This document shows positions 10,154-19,369 of a stretch of DNA of 64,000 bases, piece after piece (the first letter of the stretch is position 1; every line of letters starts with the position of its first letter). Under the pieces are notes generated by a model. That model saw only the letters and a list, made by a program, of their open reading frames with translations, was not told where the DNA came from and did not search any database. The stretch is from the NCBI GenBank assembly GCA_963836755.1, contig CAWIKF010000002.1, positions 896,001-960,000 on the forward strand, written 5' to 3'. A program made the position numbers and the translations under genes. This DNA is from an uncultured Verrucomicrobiae bacterium (lineage in GTDB: Bacteria > Verrucomicrobiota > Verrucomicrobiia > Chthoniobacterales > Chthoniobacteraceae).

Positions 10154-11734
10154 ATGCCCATTATGACAGACCCGACCGAAAACCAGCCGACGGTGGAGGA
10201 GCCTAAAAAGCCCGTGCGCCGCAGGACTACTCGTGCCAAAAGCACCACTGCGGCAAAACCTGGGAAAGCGAAAGCGCCCGACGAAACACCACACGACGCC
10301 GCTCCTGCCGCGGAAGAAAGTTCTGTGGCGCACGTTGAAAATGTTTCCGATGGAAATGGCGACGTTGCGCCTGAGGCAAAGACAGAAGTTCAGGAAACTG
10401 CGCCGCCGGTTGCTGAAAAAGTGGTTGCTTCTCCGGTCGAAAACCGTTCGCCGGTTGATGCGCTCGCTTCCTTGCGTGCCGCCGCGGCTGCCGCGCGCCC
10501 GCCCACGCAGCGCCCGCCAGTTTCTTATGACTCGTCCGCTTCCGCAGTGGAAACGCTACGCGCCGCCGCGCGTGCGGAGCGCACAGTTCCCGCGTCGCCG
10601 CCGGAACCGCGCGAGCCCGAGGTGCCGGCCGAAATTGTCTACGGCGAAGGGATTGTCGAAATTTCCGGCAAGGGCTTCGGCTTTATCCGCGATCAAAAAC
10701 GCGGCTTCGCGCAGAGCCCGCTCGATATTTTCGTGACGCCGGAAGTGGTGCGTCGCTTCAATCTGCGCGACGGCCAATGGATCAAAGGCGAGATCCGCCG
10801 CGGCAGTCGCGGCCCCCAATTACACCGGCTGCTGGAAGTGAACGGCGACGCGCCGGAGAGCGTGGTCAACCTGCCAGTCTTTGAGGAATTGACCGTCATC
10901 AGCCCGACGGAACGCATCCGGCTCGAGACAGTCCCGGATCGTTACACGACGCGCGTGATGGACATGATGACGCCGATCGGCAAAGGCCAGCGCGGCCTCA
11001 TCGTTGCTCCGCCGCGCACCGGCAAGACGACGCTGCTCCAGCATATTGCAGACGCTGTCGCGAAAAATCATCCGGAGACAAAGTTGATCATTTTGCTCGT
11101 CGATGAGCGGCCGGAGGAAGTGACGGAAATTCGCCGCACCTGCCCGACGGCCGAGATCATGGCGAGCTCGAACGACAGCGATTTGAAAAGTCACACCCGC
11201 ATCGCGCAACTCGCGATTGAGCGCTCGAAGCGGCTCGTCGAGCAAAACCAGGATGTCTTTGTGTTGTTGGACTCGATTACACGTGTTGGTCGCGCGTTTA
11301 ACAACTCGATGGGCGGCGGCGGTCGCACAATGTCGGGCGGCATCGACGCGCGCGCGCTCGAAATCCCGCGCAAACTTTTCGCCGCGGCGCGCAATACCGA
11401 GGAAGCCGGCTCACTCACCATCATCGCGACCGCGCTCATCGAAACGGGCTCGCGCATGGACGAGCTGATTTTCCAAGAGTTCAAGGGAACGGGCAACATG
11501 GAGATGGTGCTCGACCGAAAAGTCAGCGACCTGCGCATCTATCCGGCGATCGATATTTTCAAAAGCGGCACACGGCGCGAGGAACTGCTCCTGCCCGCCG
11601 AGCAGCTTCATAAAATCAACGTCATTCGGCGCGGATTGAGCGGGCATAAGCCCGAGGAGGCGATTGAGCGGCTGCTGATGTTCGTGCGGAAGTTCCCGAC
11701 GAACGCGCAGATGCTGAAAGAAATTCCGGGCTAG
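10154..11734 (+). CDS. rho: Transcription termination factor Rho with a long low-complexity N-terminal extension
   Basis: GFGF, PIGKGQRGLIVAPPRTGKT, DERPEEVT, LDSITR, EFKGTGNME. Confidence 0.96.
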   Translation: MPIMTDPTENQPTVEEPKKPVRRRTTRAKSTTAAKPGKAKAPDETPHDAAPAAEESSVAHVENVSDGNGDVAPEAKTEVQETAPPVAEKVVASPVENRSPVDALASLRAAAAAARPPTQRPPVSYDSSASAVETLRAAARAERTVPASPPEPREPEVPAEIVYGEGIVEISGKGFGFIRDQKRGFAQSPLDIFVTPEVVRRFNLRDGQWIKGEIRRGSRGPQLHRLLEVNGDAPESVVNLPVFEELTVISPTERIRLETVPDRYTTRVMDMMTPIGKGQRGLIVAPPRTGKTTLLQHIADAVAKNHPETKLIILLVDERPEEVTEIRRTCPTAEIMASSNDSDLKSHTRIAQLAIERSKRLVEQNQDVFVLLDSITRVGRAFNNSMGGGGRTMSGGIDARALEIPRKLFAAARNTEEAGSLTIIATALIETGSRMDELIFQEFKGTGNMEMVLDRKVSDLRIYPAIDIFKSGTRREELLLPAEQLHKINVIRRGLSGHKPEEAIERLLMFVRKFPTNAQMLKEIPG

Positions 11735-12027
11735 GCCTGGAATTTTTTGAAAACCGCCGAGGCCGGGGGCGTCGGGCGATTCGCCGCCGTCGCATCAAAG
11801 GTTGCTTGCAGCGCTTGCTGAAAGCTTTGCAGCAGCGTCACAATTTTCGGCCCGCGCTCGAGCACAGACACTGCGAGTTTTTCGTAATAAGCCGGATTGC
11901 GCTGACCCAACTCCGCCTGTGCCATGATCACGGCGAGATCGTTGTTGATCGCGTGCTTTACGTCTTTGCGGAAACGCTCGTAAAGCTCAGCGATCTCGCT
12001 GCTCGGGATGAGGTCAGGATTTTCCAT
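11731..12027 (-). CDS. Small protein resembling a stand-alone histidine-kinase dimerization/phosphoacceptor (DHp) domain
   Basis: VKHAINNDLAVIMAQAEL resembles the H-box HxxNNPLxxIxxxAEL; followed by a second helix; fills the rho-uvrA gap. Confidence 0.6.
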   Translation of the reverse strand: MENPDLIPSSEIAELYERFRKDVKHAINNDLAVIMAQAELGQRNPAYYEKLAVSVLERGPKIVTLLQSFQQALQATFDATAANRPTPPASAVFKKFQA

Positions 12028-12156
12028 GGCGTCGGAATGTAAAGCTCTATTCGTGCCAGAACAGTTGTGATTTTTGTTTTAGCGAAAATCGCGGTGCGAA
12101 CACTGGCCGGGGAGCGGGGGATGTGCTTTGCTTGAGGGTTCACGTAATCGCGAGAA

Positions 12157-15036
12157 ATGCCAGCACAAACGATCAAGATTGCGGGAGCGCGGCAGCACAA
12201 TCTCAAGAACCTCACGCTCGAGATTCCGCGCGAAAAGCTCGTCGTCATCACCGGCCTCAGCGGTTCGGGTAAAAGTTCGCTCGCGTTTGACACACTCTAC
12301 GCCGAGGGCCAGCGCCGCTACGTCGAGAGCCTCTCCGCCTATGCGCGGCAATTTCTCGATCAAATGCAAAAGCCCGATGTGGATTTCATCGAGGGTCTTT
12401 CTCCGGCGATCGCCATCGAGCAGCGCAGCTCCGCGACGAATCCTCGCTCGACCATCGCGACGACCACGGAAATTTACGATTATCTCCGGCTCCTTTTTGC
12501 GAGCGTCGGGCAGCCGCACGATCCCGCCACCGGCGCGCCCGTGTTTAAACAAACGCCGCAGCAGATCGTCGATCAAATCCTCGCGTGGCAGCCGGAGACG
12601 AAAATTGTCGTCCTCGCGCCGGTCGTGCGCGGGCAGAGCGGGGAGTTCCGCGACGTGCTGGAAAAAATCAAGCGCGAAGGTTTCGTCCGCGCGCGAATCG
12701 ATGGCGAAATCCTCGAGCTCGCGCAGCCCGAGCCGATCAAGCTCAAGCCGAAACGTCACAGCATTGAGGTCGTCGTCGATCGCCTCGTCATCCGCGACGG
12801 CGTCCGCCAACGCCTCGCCGACAGCATTGAAACTGCGCTGAAATGGGGCGGCGCGCGGCTTATCGTTCTCCGCCAGGAGCGCGCGCTGGCGGGCGAAGAA
12901 CTTTGGAGCGAGCAGCGTTTCTCGACCGAATTTTGTAATCCCGAGACCGACTTCACGCTCCCGCAGTTCACGCCGAAACATTTTTCCTTTAACAGCCACC
13001 TCGGCGCCTGCCCTGCCTGCCACGGCCTCGGCACCGAACTCGTGTGCGACGCCGAGCTGATGATCCCGGACCCGGGAAAGTCGCTGGACGAGGGCGCCGT
13101 CGCGCCATGGCGGAAAGTCAACAAACGGATGCAAGGCTACTACGCCGGCCTCCTCGTCTCGCTCGCCCGCCATTTTCACGCGCCGACCGACGTCGCTTTC
13201 GCGGACCTGCCGCAGACTTTCAAGGACGCGCTTTTCTTCGGCACCGGCGACCGCGCGATCGACATTTCGTGGGGTAAAACCAAGCGAGCTGCGGTGAGCA
13301 AAAGTTTCGAGGGACTCGTCGCGCACCTCCAGCACCTTTACGACACCACCGAGAGCGAGTTCACGAAAAACCGCATCCGCGCCTACATGAGCCGCCGCGA
13401 ATGCTCCGTCTGCCACGGCGCGCGGCTGCGTCCGGAAATCCTCGCAGTAACTGTGAAAACTTTTACCGACGGCGCCGAACGAAACATCCAGCAGCTTTGC
13501 CAGCTCAGCGTCGCGCAGGCGAAGATCTTTCTCGAAAATCTCGAGCTTACCGAGCAGCAGCGCTTCATCGTCACCGAAGTCCTTCGGGAAATTCTCGCGC
13601 GGCTCGGTTTTTTAAACGAAGTCGGCCTCGGTTACCTCACGCTCGACCGCGAAAGCGGCACGCTCTCCGGCGGTGAAGCGCAACGCATCCGGCTCGCCAG
13701 CCAGATCGGCAGCGGCCTTGCCGGCGTGCTTTACGTGCTCGACGAGCCAAGCATCGGCCTGCACCAGCGCGATAACGACCGCCTCATCGGCACGCTTCGC
13801 CGCTTGCGCGATCTCGGCAACTCCGTCGTCGTGGTCGAGCACGATGAAGACACGATCCGCGCCGCAGACCACGTGCTCGATCTCGGCCCCGGCGCGGGCG
13901 CGCGCGGCGGCGAATTGATCGCGCAAGGGACACTCGCGGATATTTTACAAAATCAAACATCCGCGACTGCGGCGTATTTGTCGGGGCGGCTGAAAATTCC
14001 GGTTCCGAAGCAGCGCGTGCTCCCTGCCGGAAAGTCTGCGCGCGACGGCTGGCTCACGATCAGCGGCGCGACTGAGAACAATCTCCAGAACGTTACCGCC
14101 GCGTTTCCACTTGGCTGTTTTACTTGCGTCACCGGCGTCTCGGGCAGCGGCAAATCGACGCTCGTCGATGACATCCTCCGGCGCGCACTTTTTCGCCATT
14201 TTTACGGAAACAAAGATCGCCCCGGCGCGTATGCGGCGTTGCACGGCCTCGACCAAATCGACAAAGCCATCGTCATCGATCAAAGCCCGATTGGCCGCAC
14301 ACCGCGCTCGAATCCGGTGACCTACACCGGCGCGTTCGCACCGATCCGCGCCCTCTTCGCACAGCTCCCGACGGCGCGCGTGCGCGGCTACGATGCCGGC
14401 CGATTTTCGTTCAACGTCAAGGGCGGCCGCTGCGAGAATTGCGAGGGCGGCGGCCTCATTAAAATCGAGATGCACTTTCTCGCCGACGTCTATGTCGAGT
14501 GCGAAATCTGCCGCGGCCGGCGCTACAATCGCGAGACGCTGGAGATCACTTACAAAGGCCGCAACATCGCGGATGTCCTAGATTTGACCGTCGACGAAGC
14601 CGCGCGATTTTTTCGTAACGTGCCCACAATTTCCGACAAACTCATCGCACTGGAAGATGTCGGGCTCGGCTACGTCCGGCTCGGCCAAAGCGCCACGACG
14701 CTCAGCGGCGGCGAAGCGCAGCGCATCAAACTTGCGACCGAGCTCGCGAAAAAAGCGACCGGGCGCACCGTTTACATCTTGGACGAACCGACGACCGGCT
14801 TGCACTTTGCCGACATCCACAAGCTGCTGGAAGTTTTGATGAAATTGCGCGACGCCGGCAACACGCTCATCGTGATCGAGCACAACCTTGAAGTGATCAA
14901 ATGCGCCGATTGGGTCATCGATCTCGGCCCCGAGGGCGGCGACGGCGGCGGCCGGATCATCGGCGAAGGCACGCCTGAAATCATCGCGGGCCTTGCCGCG
15001 AGCCACACCGGGCGGTATTTGAAACGCGTGCTGTGA
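12157..15036 (+). CDS. uvrA: Excinuclease ABC subunit A
   Basis: Two ABC ATPase modules (GLSGSGKS, GVSGSGKS, LSGGEAQR twice) and CxxC pairs. Confidence 0.97.
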   Translation: MPAQTIKIAGARQHNLKNLTLEIPREKLVVITGLSGSGKSSLAFDTLYAEGQRRYVESLSAYARQFLDQMQKPDVDFIEGLSPAIAIEQRSSATNPRSTIATTTEIYDYLRLLFASVGQPHDPATGAPVFKQTPQQIVDQILAWQPETKIVVLAPVVRGQSGEFRDVLEKIKREGFVRARIDGEILELAQPEPIKLKPKRHSIEVVVDRLVIRDGVRQRLADSIETALKWGGARLIVLRQERALAGEELWSEQRFSTEFCNPETDFTLPQFTPKHFSFNSHLGACPACHGLGTELVCDAELMIPDPGKSLDEGAVAPWRKVNKRMQGYYAGLLVSLARHFHAPTDVAFADLPQTFKDALFFGTGDRAIDISWGKTKRAAVSKSFEGLVAHLQHLYDTTESEFTKNRIRAYMSRRECSVCHGARLRPEILAVTVKTFTDGAERNIQQLCQLSVAQAKIFLENLELTEQQRFIVTEVLREILARLGFLNEVGLGYLTLDRESGTLSGGEAQRIRLASQIGSGLAGVLYVLDEPSIGLHQRDNDRLIGTLRRLRDLGNSVVVVEHDEDTIRAADHVLDLGPGAGARGGELIAQGTLADILQNQTSATAAYLSGRLKIPVPKQRVLPAGKSARDGWLTISGATENNLQNVTAAFPLGCFTCVTGVSGSGKSTLVDDILRRALFRHFYGNKDRPGAYAALHGLDQIDKAIVIDQSPIGRTPRSNPVTYTGAFAPIRALFAQLPTARVRGYDAGRFSFNVKGGRCENCEGGGLIKIEMHFLADVYVECEICRGRRYNRETLEITYKGRNIADVLDLTVDEAARFFRNVPTISDKLIALEDVGLGYVRLGQSATTLSGGEAQRIKLATELAKKATGRTVYILDEPTTGLHFADIHKLLEVLMKLRDAGNTLIVIEHNLEVIKCADWVIDLGPEGGDGGGRIIGEGTPEIIAGLAASHTGRYLKRVL

Positions 15037-17459
15037 AGAAGCTATTTTTTTCCATCACGCTCGCCGCTGCTCCGCTCGCGGGTGCAATCGCCGCGCAACC
15101 CGGGCACAGCGCGACGCTTGCTGAGGCCGCGCGAGCGACTCGCGAAAAAGTTCCGCAGGTCGCGGTGGAAAAATTGCGCGCATTGCTCGGGGAAAATCTT
15201 TCTTCGGACGAGCGCGCCGAAGCGACGCGCGAGCTGGGGCGCGCGCTCGTCGCGCTCGGCCGCGCACGCGATGCGCTCGCGGTGCTTGGAACCGCCGATG
15301 ATGAATCGCGCTTTCTCCGCGCCGAAGCTTTTGCGGCGCTCGGCCAATGGGCGCAGGCGGAGCCGATTTTTCAAGCGCTGGCCGAAAGCGAATGTCGCTT
15401 TGCGGAAAGCGCTGCGCGCGGCTGGGCTGAATCCTTGCATGCGCGAGGCGAGACCGATGCGGCCGCCAAAGTGCTTGAAAATTTAGTTCAGAAAAAGCCG
15501 GTGGCTGAAAATCAATTGCTCCTCGCGCAATGGAAACTCGAGGAAAACTCGGCTGGAGACGCGGCGAAAATTTTGACGGCAGTGAAGACGGAAAACGCGT
15601 TCGCGGCGAAGTGGAAACAGGTGCTCGAAGGCCGCGTGCTGCTCGCGCACGAGCAGGCCGCTCCAGCGCTGGCAAAATTCGAAGAGGCGACACGCGACCG
15701 CCGCGACCTCACGGAAAACCTTTACGCCAGCGCGACAATCGGCGCGGCGGAAGCGCGCATCGTCCTCAACGGACTCGAGGCCGCGGACAACGTGATCGAG
15801 GATTACATCTGGCAGCAGCCGGAAAGTTCGCACCTCGAAATCATGTTCGCGCGGCTCGATCGGATTTACGACGGCGAGGAAAATCCGTCGTCCTCGGAGC
15901 TGCAAAAATGGATGCAGAAACCGCCGCGCCGGCGTGCTGCGTTCGCGACTTTTTATTATGCGAAGGCGGAAATCCGCGAAAAGAGAACCGAGAAGGCGTT
16001 GCGCACGCTGGGCAGTTTTGTGAGCGATTACCCCGGCGATCCGCTCGTGTCACAAGCGTGGCTGCTGCAAGGCCAGCTGCTGCTCTCGGAGAAGCCGGCG
16101 GAGGCGATTGCGGCATTCGAGGCGGCGCTCCGGACTTGCGGCGACGATGCCGAGCGGGCCGCGGTCGAACTGGAACTCGGCAACGCGCATTTCAAGCAGC
16201 GCGAATTTTTGCTCGCGGCAAATTTTTTCCGCTCGGCCGCCGCGCATTCGCCGCAGCTTTGGAGCGAGGCCACATACGATGCGGCCCTCGCGTGGCTCAA
16301 TCTCGGGAACTACGAACAATTTTTTGAGGACTACAAAAAGCTGAGCGCCCGCTTTCCGGAGAGCAGTTTGCGACAGGATTTGCTGCTCGAGGAAGGGTTG
16401 TTGCAGGCGCGCAGCGGGGACCCGCGAGCGGCGACTTCGCTACGACTTTTTCTGCGCGACTTTCCGAGCCACGCTCGCGCGCAGGAGGCGCGCATCGCGC
16501 TCGCGGAAATCGCGTATCTCGCGTCTGACGCTGCTGGCGCGGAGCAGTGGCTGCGGGTCGCAAACAAAGCAACGGCGGATGGCGGAAGCGAGCGCGGCGA
16601 CTATCTGGCGATCTTCGCAGCCGATGCCGAGCAGTCGCGTGATGATTCAAAAGTGATCGCGCGGTGCGAAAAATTTGCTAGCGACTATCCCAATTCAACC
16701 TTGCTGCCGGATGTGCGGATGAAACTTGGCCAGATTTACTTTCGACGCGAAGATTACGCGAACGCGGAGACCGAGTTTGAAAATCTCGCGCAGGAAGTTT
16801 CCGGGACGCCGCTCGCGCAGACGTGCCTTTTTTTGGCGGGCCAATCGGCAATGCGCAGCATGAGCAGCCACGGCCTCGATCACGCGATTGACCTCTTTGG
16901 GCAGGTGGCAAAACTCAACGGATCGTTAAAACTCTACGCGCGGCAGGAACAGGCGATTGCGAAATCCCGCGGCGGTCAGGAAGCGGAGGCCGTCGACATT
17001 TACGACTCGATTCTGCACGACAATCCCACGGGCGGACTTCGTTTCGCAGCGTTGTGCGGCAAGGCGGACAACCTCCTCGCGACCAATGGCAAGGACGCCA
17101 AAACCGCGGCTGAAGCGCTCGCTCTTTACGATCAAATCGCCGGCGATCCCGAGGTGACGCATCACTGGCGCGACCAAGCCCTTTATAAAAAAGCGAAGTT
17201 TCTCGAGAAAAACGGGGAGACCGATCATGCAATCACAGCGTTTTACGATGTTTTGCAACCGTCAGGTTCGAGCGAGCCGGAATTTTTCTGGTATTTCAAG
17301 GCCGGTTTCGACGCCGCGCGGCTGCTCGAGGCGCAGGAAAAATTCGCGGCGGCGATCGGCATCTACGAAAAGATGGCTGCGACCGATGGCCCCCGCGCCG
17401 AGGAAGCGCAAGCGCGCGCCAACCAATTGCGGCTGGAACATTTCATCTGGAACGAATAG
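15033..17459 (+). CDS. Exported tetratricopeptide-repeat protein
   Basis: Signal peptide; repeated helical TPR-like units (F..DYP..P, YPNS.LL); GTGA overlap with uvrA. Confidence 0.8.
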   Translation: MKKLFFSITLAAAPLAGAIAAQPGHSATLAEAARATREKVPQVAVEKLRALLGENLSSDERAEATRELGRALVALGRARDALAVLGTADDESRFLRAEAFAALGQWAQAEPIFQALAESECRFAESAARGWAESLHARGETDAAAKVLENLVQKKPVAENQLLLAQWKLEENSAGDAAKILTAVKTENAFAAKWKQVLEGRVLLAHEQAAPALAKFEEATRDRRDLTENLYASATIGAAEARIVLNGLEAADNVIEDYIWQQPESSHLEIMFARLDRIYDGEENPSSSELQKWMQKPPRRRAAFATFYYAKAEIREKRTEKALRTLGSFVSDYPGDPLVSQAWLLQGQLLLSEKPAEAIAAFEAALRTCGDDAERAAVELELGNAHFKQREFLLAANFFRSAAAHSPQLWSEATYDAALAWLNLGNYEQFFEDYKKLSARFPESSLRQDLLLEEGLLQARSGDPRAATSLRLFLRDFPSHARAQEARIALAEIAYLASDAAGAEQWLRVANKATADGGSERGDYLAIFAADAEQSRDDSKVIARCEKFASDYPNSTLLPDVRMKLGQIYFRREDYANAETEFENLAQEVSGTPLAQTCLFLAGQSAMRSMSSHGLDHAIDLFGQVAKLNGSLKLYARQEQAIAKSRGGQEAEAVDIYDSILHDNPTGGLRFAALCGKADNLLATNGKDAKTAAEALALYDQIAGDPEVTHHWRDQALYKKAKFLEKNGETDHAITAFYDVLQPSGSSEPEFFWYFKAGFDAARLLEAQEKFAAAIGIYEKMAATDGPRAEEAQARANQLRLEHFIWNE

Positions 17460-17486
17460 GTGAATGCGCTCTCAAGCTTAAAAAAA

Positions 17487-18563
17487 ATGCCTCACACCAA
17501 ACTCTTCATTCCTGGCCCAGTCGAAGTTTCCGACAAAACTTTCCATGCTTTCCGCAAGCCGCTTTTCGGACATCGCAGCGGAGATTTTAAAAAGCTTTAC
17601 GCGGCGATTCAACCGCAGCTGCAGCAGCTGTTCAACACGAAGCAGCCGGTGTTTTTGTCCACCTCATCGGCATGGGGCGTGATGGAGGGATCGATCCGCA
17701 ACCTTGTCGGCAAGCGCGTGCTCAACTGCATGTGCGGTGCTTTTTCCGACAAGTGGCTCGATGTCAGCAAGCGTTGCGGCAAGCAGGCGGACGGGCTGCA
17801 GGTCGAATGGGGCCAGCCGGTCCTCGCCGCACAGGTCGAGGAAAAGTTGGCGAGCGGCAATTACGACGCGATGACTTTGATCCACAACGAAACGTCGACG
17901 GGCGTGATGAGTCCGCTGCGCGAAATCTGCGAGGTCATGCGAAAATTTCCTGATGTCATGCTGATCGTGGACAGCGTCTCCTCGTTTTCCGCCGTGCCGA
18001 TTCCGATGGATGAACTCGGTATCGATGTGCTGCTGACCGGCTCGCAAAAGGCGCTCGCGCTGCCGCCGGGTCTGGCCCTTTTTGCGATTTCCGAAAAAGC
18101 GTTCGCTCGCGCAGCGACGATTTCGGATCGCGGTTACTACTTCGACTTTCTCGAGTTCAAAAAAAATCAGGAGCAGGACATGACGCCGAGCACGCCATCG
18201 ATCTCACACATCTTCGCGCTGCAATCGAAACTCGATGACATTTTCTCGGAAGGCATCGACGCGCGCCACGCCCGGCATGCGCGGCTTAACGACCTCGTCG
18301 CGGAGTGGGTGAAGAAGCGTGGCTTTGAATTTTTCGCCGCAGAAGGTTATCGCTCAAAAACTTTGACCTGCGTGAGCAATAATCGCGGGATCGATATCGC
18401 TGCGCTGATCGCAAAGTTAAAGGAGCGTTATCACTGTGTCATCGACGGCGGCTACGGAAAATTAAAGGGAAAAACGTTCCGCATCTCCAATATGGGCGAC
18501 GAGACCGAGGAAACGATCAGCCAGTTGCTCGGCTGGCTCGATGACTGCCTTGCGCAGCTTTAA
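17487..18563 (+). CDS. Class V PLP aminotransferase (alanine-glyoxylate/serine-pyruvate family)
   Basis: LFIPGPV, HNETSTG, VDSVSS, GSQKALALPPG. Confidence 0.88.
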   Translation: MPHTKLFIPGPVEVSDKTFHAFRKPLFGHRSGDFKKLYAAIQPQLQQLFNTKQPVFLSTSSAWGVMEGSIRNLVGKRVLNCMCGAFSDKWLDVSKRCGKQADGLQVEWGQPVLAAQVEEKLASGNYDAMTLIHNETSTGVMSPLREICEVMRKFPDVMLIVDSVSSFSAVPIPMDELGIDVLLTGSQKALALPPGLALFAISEKAFARAATISDRGYYFDFLEFKKNQEQDMTPSTPSISHIFALQSKLDDIFSEGIDARHARHARLNDLVAEWVKKRGFEFFAAEGYRSKTLTCVSNNRGIDIAALIAKLKERYHCVIDGGYGKLKGKTFRISNMGDETEETISQLLGWLDDCLAQL

Positions 18564-19201
18564 AAGAAACAGCTGACGCCGACCAGACCGCCGACCGAGT
18601 TGAGGCCGAGGTTGCGTGCGGCGGTGTCGGCGTTCGAAATGTGGCGGTAGCCGCCCTCGAGCACCAGCGCGCATTTGTCCGTGAGCATGAAGCGCAGACC
18701 GAGGCTCCCCTGCAGATTGAATTCAAATTCGCTGCCGATGACGCGCTGCGTTTTGTCTTTGTAGACGTCGTTGTAAAGGCCGCCCGCGCCGATCTGGAAA
18801 TAGGGCACCAGTCTCGCGTTCGGCTGCACGAAGTTTCGCCGTGCGATCAAAGTAGCGCCACTGAAAACACCGTTGGAATTTTGGAAAACGCCCGACGCAA
18901 AAGCCTCGAGGAGCAGTTCATAGTTGCCGCGAAACCAGCTGCTGCCGGCTGGTGAGTTTAGCATCCGGCCGAGGCGAAAGTTCGCGCCAGCGTCGCCGAT
19001 GTTCGGCCGCTTTTTCGTGCCATCTTCCAATCCGAAGTAGGCGCCGCCGAGCGCTTGGAATTCCCAATCGCCTTTTTCAAAAGGAAATTCGCTGACGACA
19101 GATTTCGAGAAATCCTTGTGCGCAGGCTCGCCAGCCTGAATGGCGGAAATTCCGAACGAAAAGAGCATTACGCTGAAGAAACGAAGTAAGAATTTTTGCA
19201 T
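18560..19201 (-). CDS. Outer-membrane beta-barrel, lipid A 3-O-deacylase (PagL)/acyloxyacyl hydrolase-like
   Basis: Signal peptide; PYFQIGAG, FEFNLQ, YRHISNA..NLGLNS; C-terminal Phe. Confidence 0.75.
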   Translation of the reverse strand: MQKFLLRFFSVMLFSFGISAIQAGEPAHKDFSKSVVSEFPFEKGDWEFQALGGAYFGLEDGTKKRPNIGDAGANFRLGRMLNSPAGSSWFRGNYELLLEAFASGVFQNSNGVFSGATLIARRNFVQPNARLVPYFQIGAGGLYNDVYKDKTQRVIGSEFEFNLQGSLGLRFMLTDKCALVLEGGYRHISNADTAARNLGLNSVGGLVGVSCFF

Positions 19202-19330
19202 CGAGATATTTTGATTCGCGCTAAGGCAGCAGTCTTTCGCTCTCGAGACAAGCTCAAATCAATCGGGCATTTACCTTACGAGGAGGAGAGGGATAAAACA
19301 GGCTGCCCGCATGTCAACGCGTTGCGAAAA

Positions 19331-19359
19331 TTGACCCTTGTCGGCGCGGCTGCTAGCTT
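19331..19359 (+). promoter_or_regulatory. Putative sigma70-type promoter of ileS (near-leaderless)
   Basis: TTGACC-17 nt-TAGCTT, 10 nt before the ATG. Confidence 0.55.
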
Positions 19360-19369
19360 CCGCGTTCCC

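Noticed and set aside
12079..13416. 445-aa minus-strand ORF
   Set aside because: Antisense shadow of uvrA
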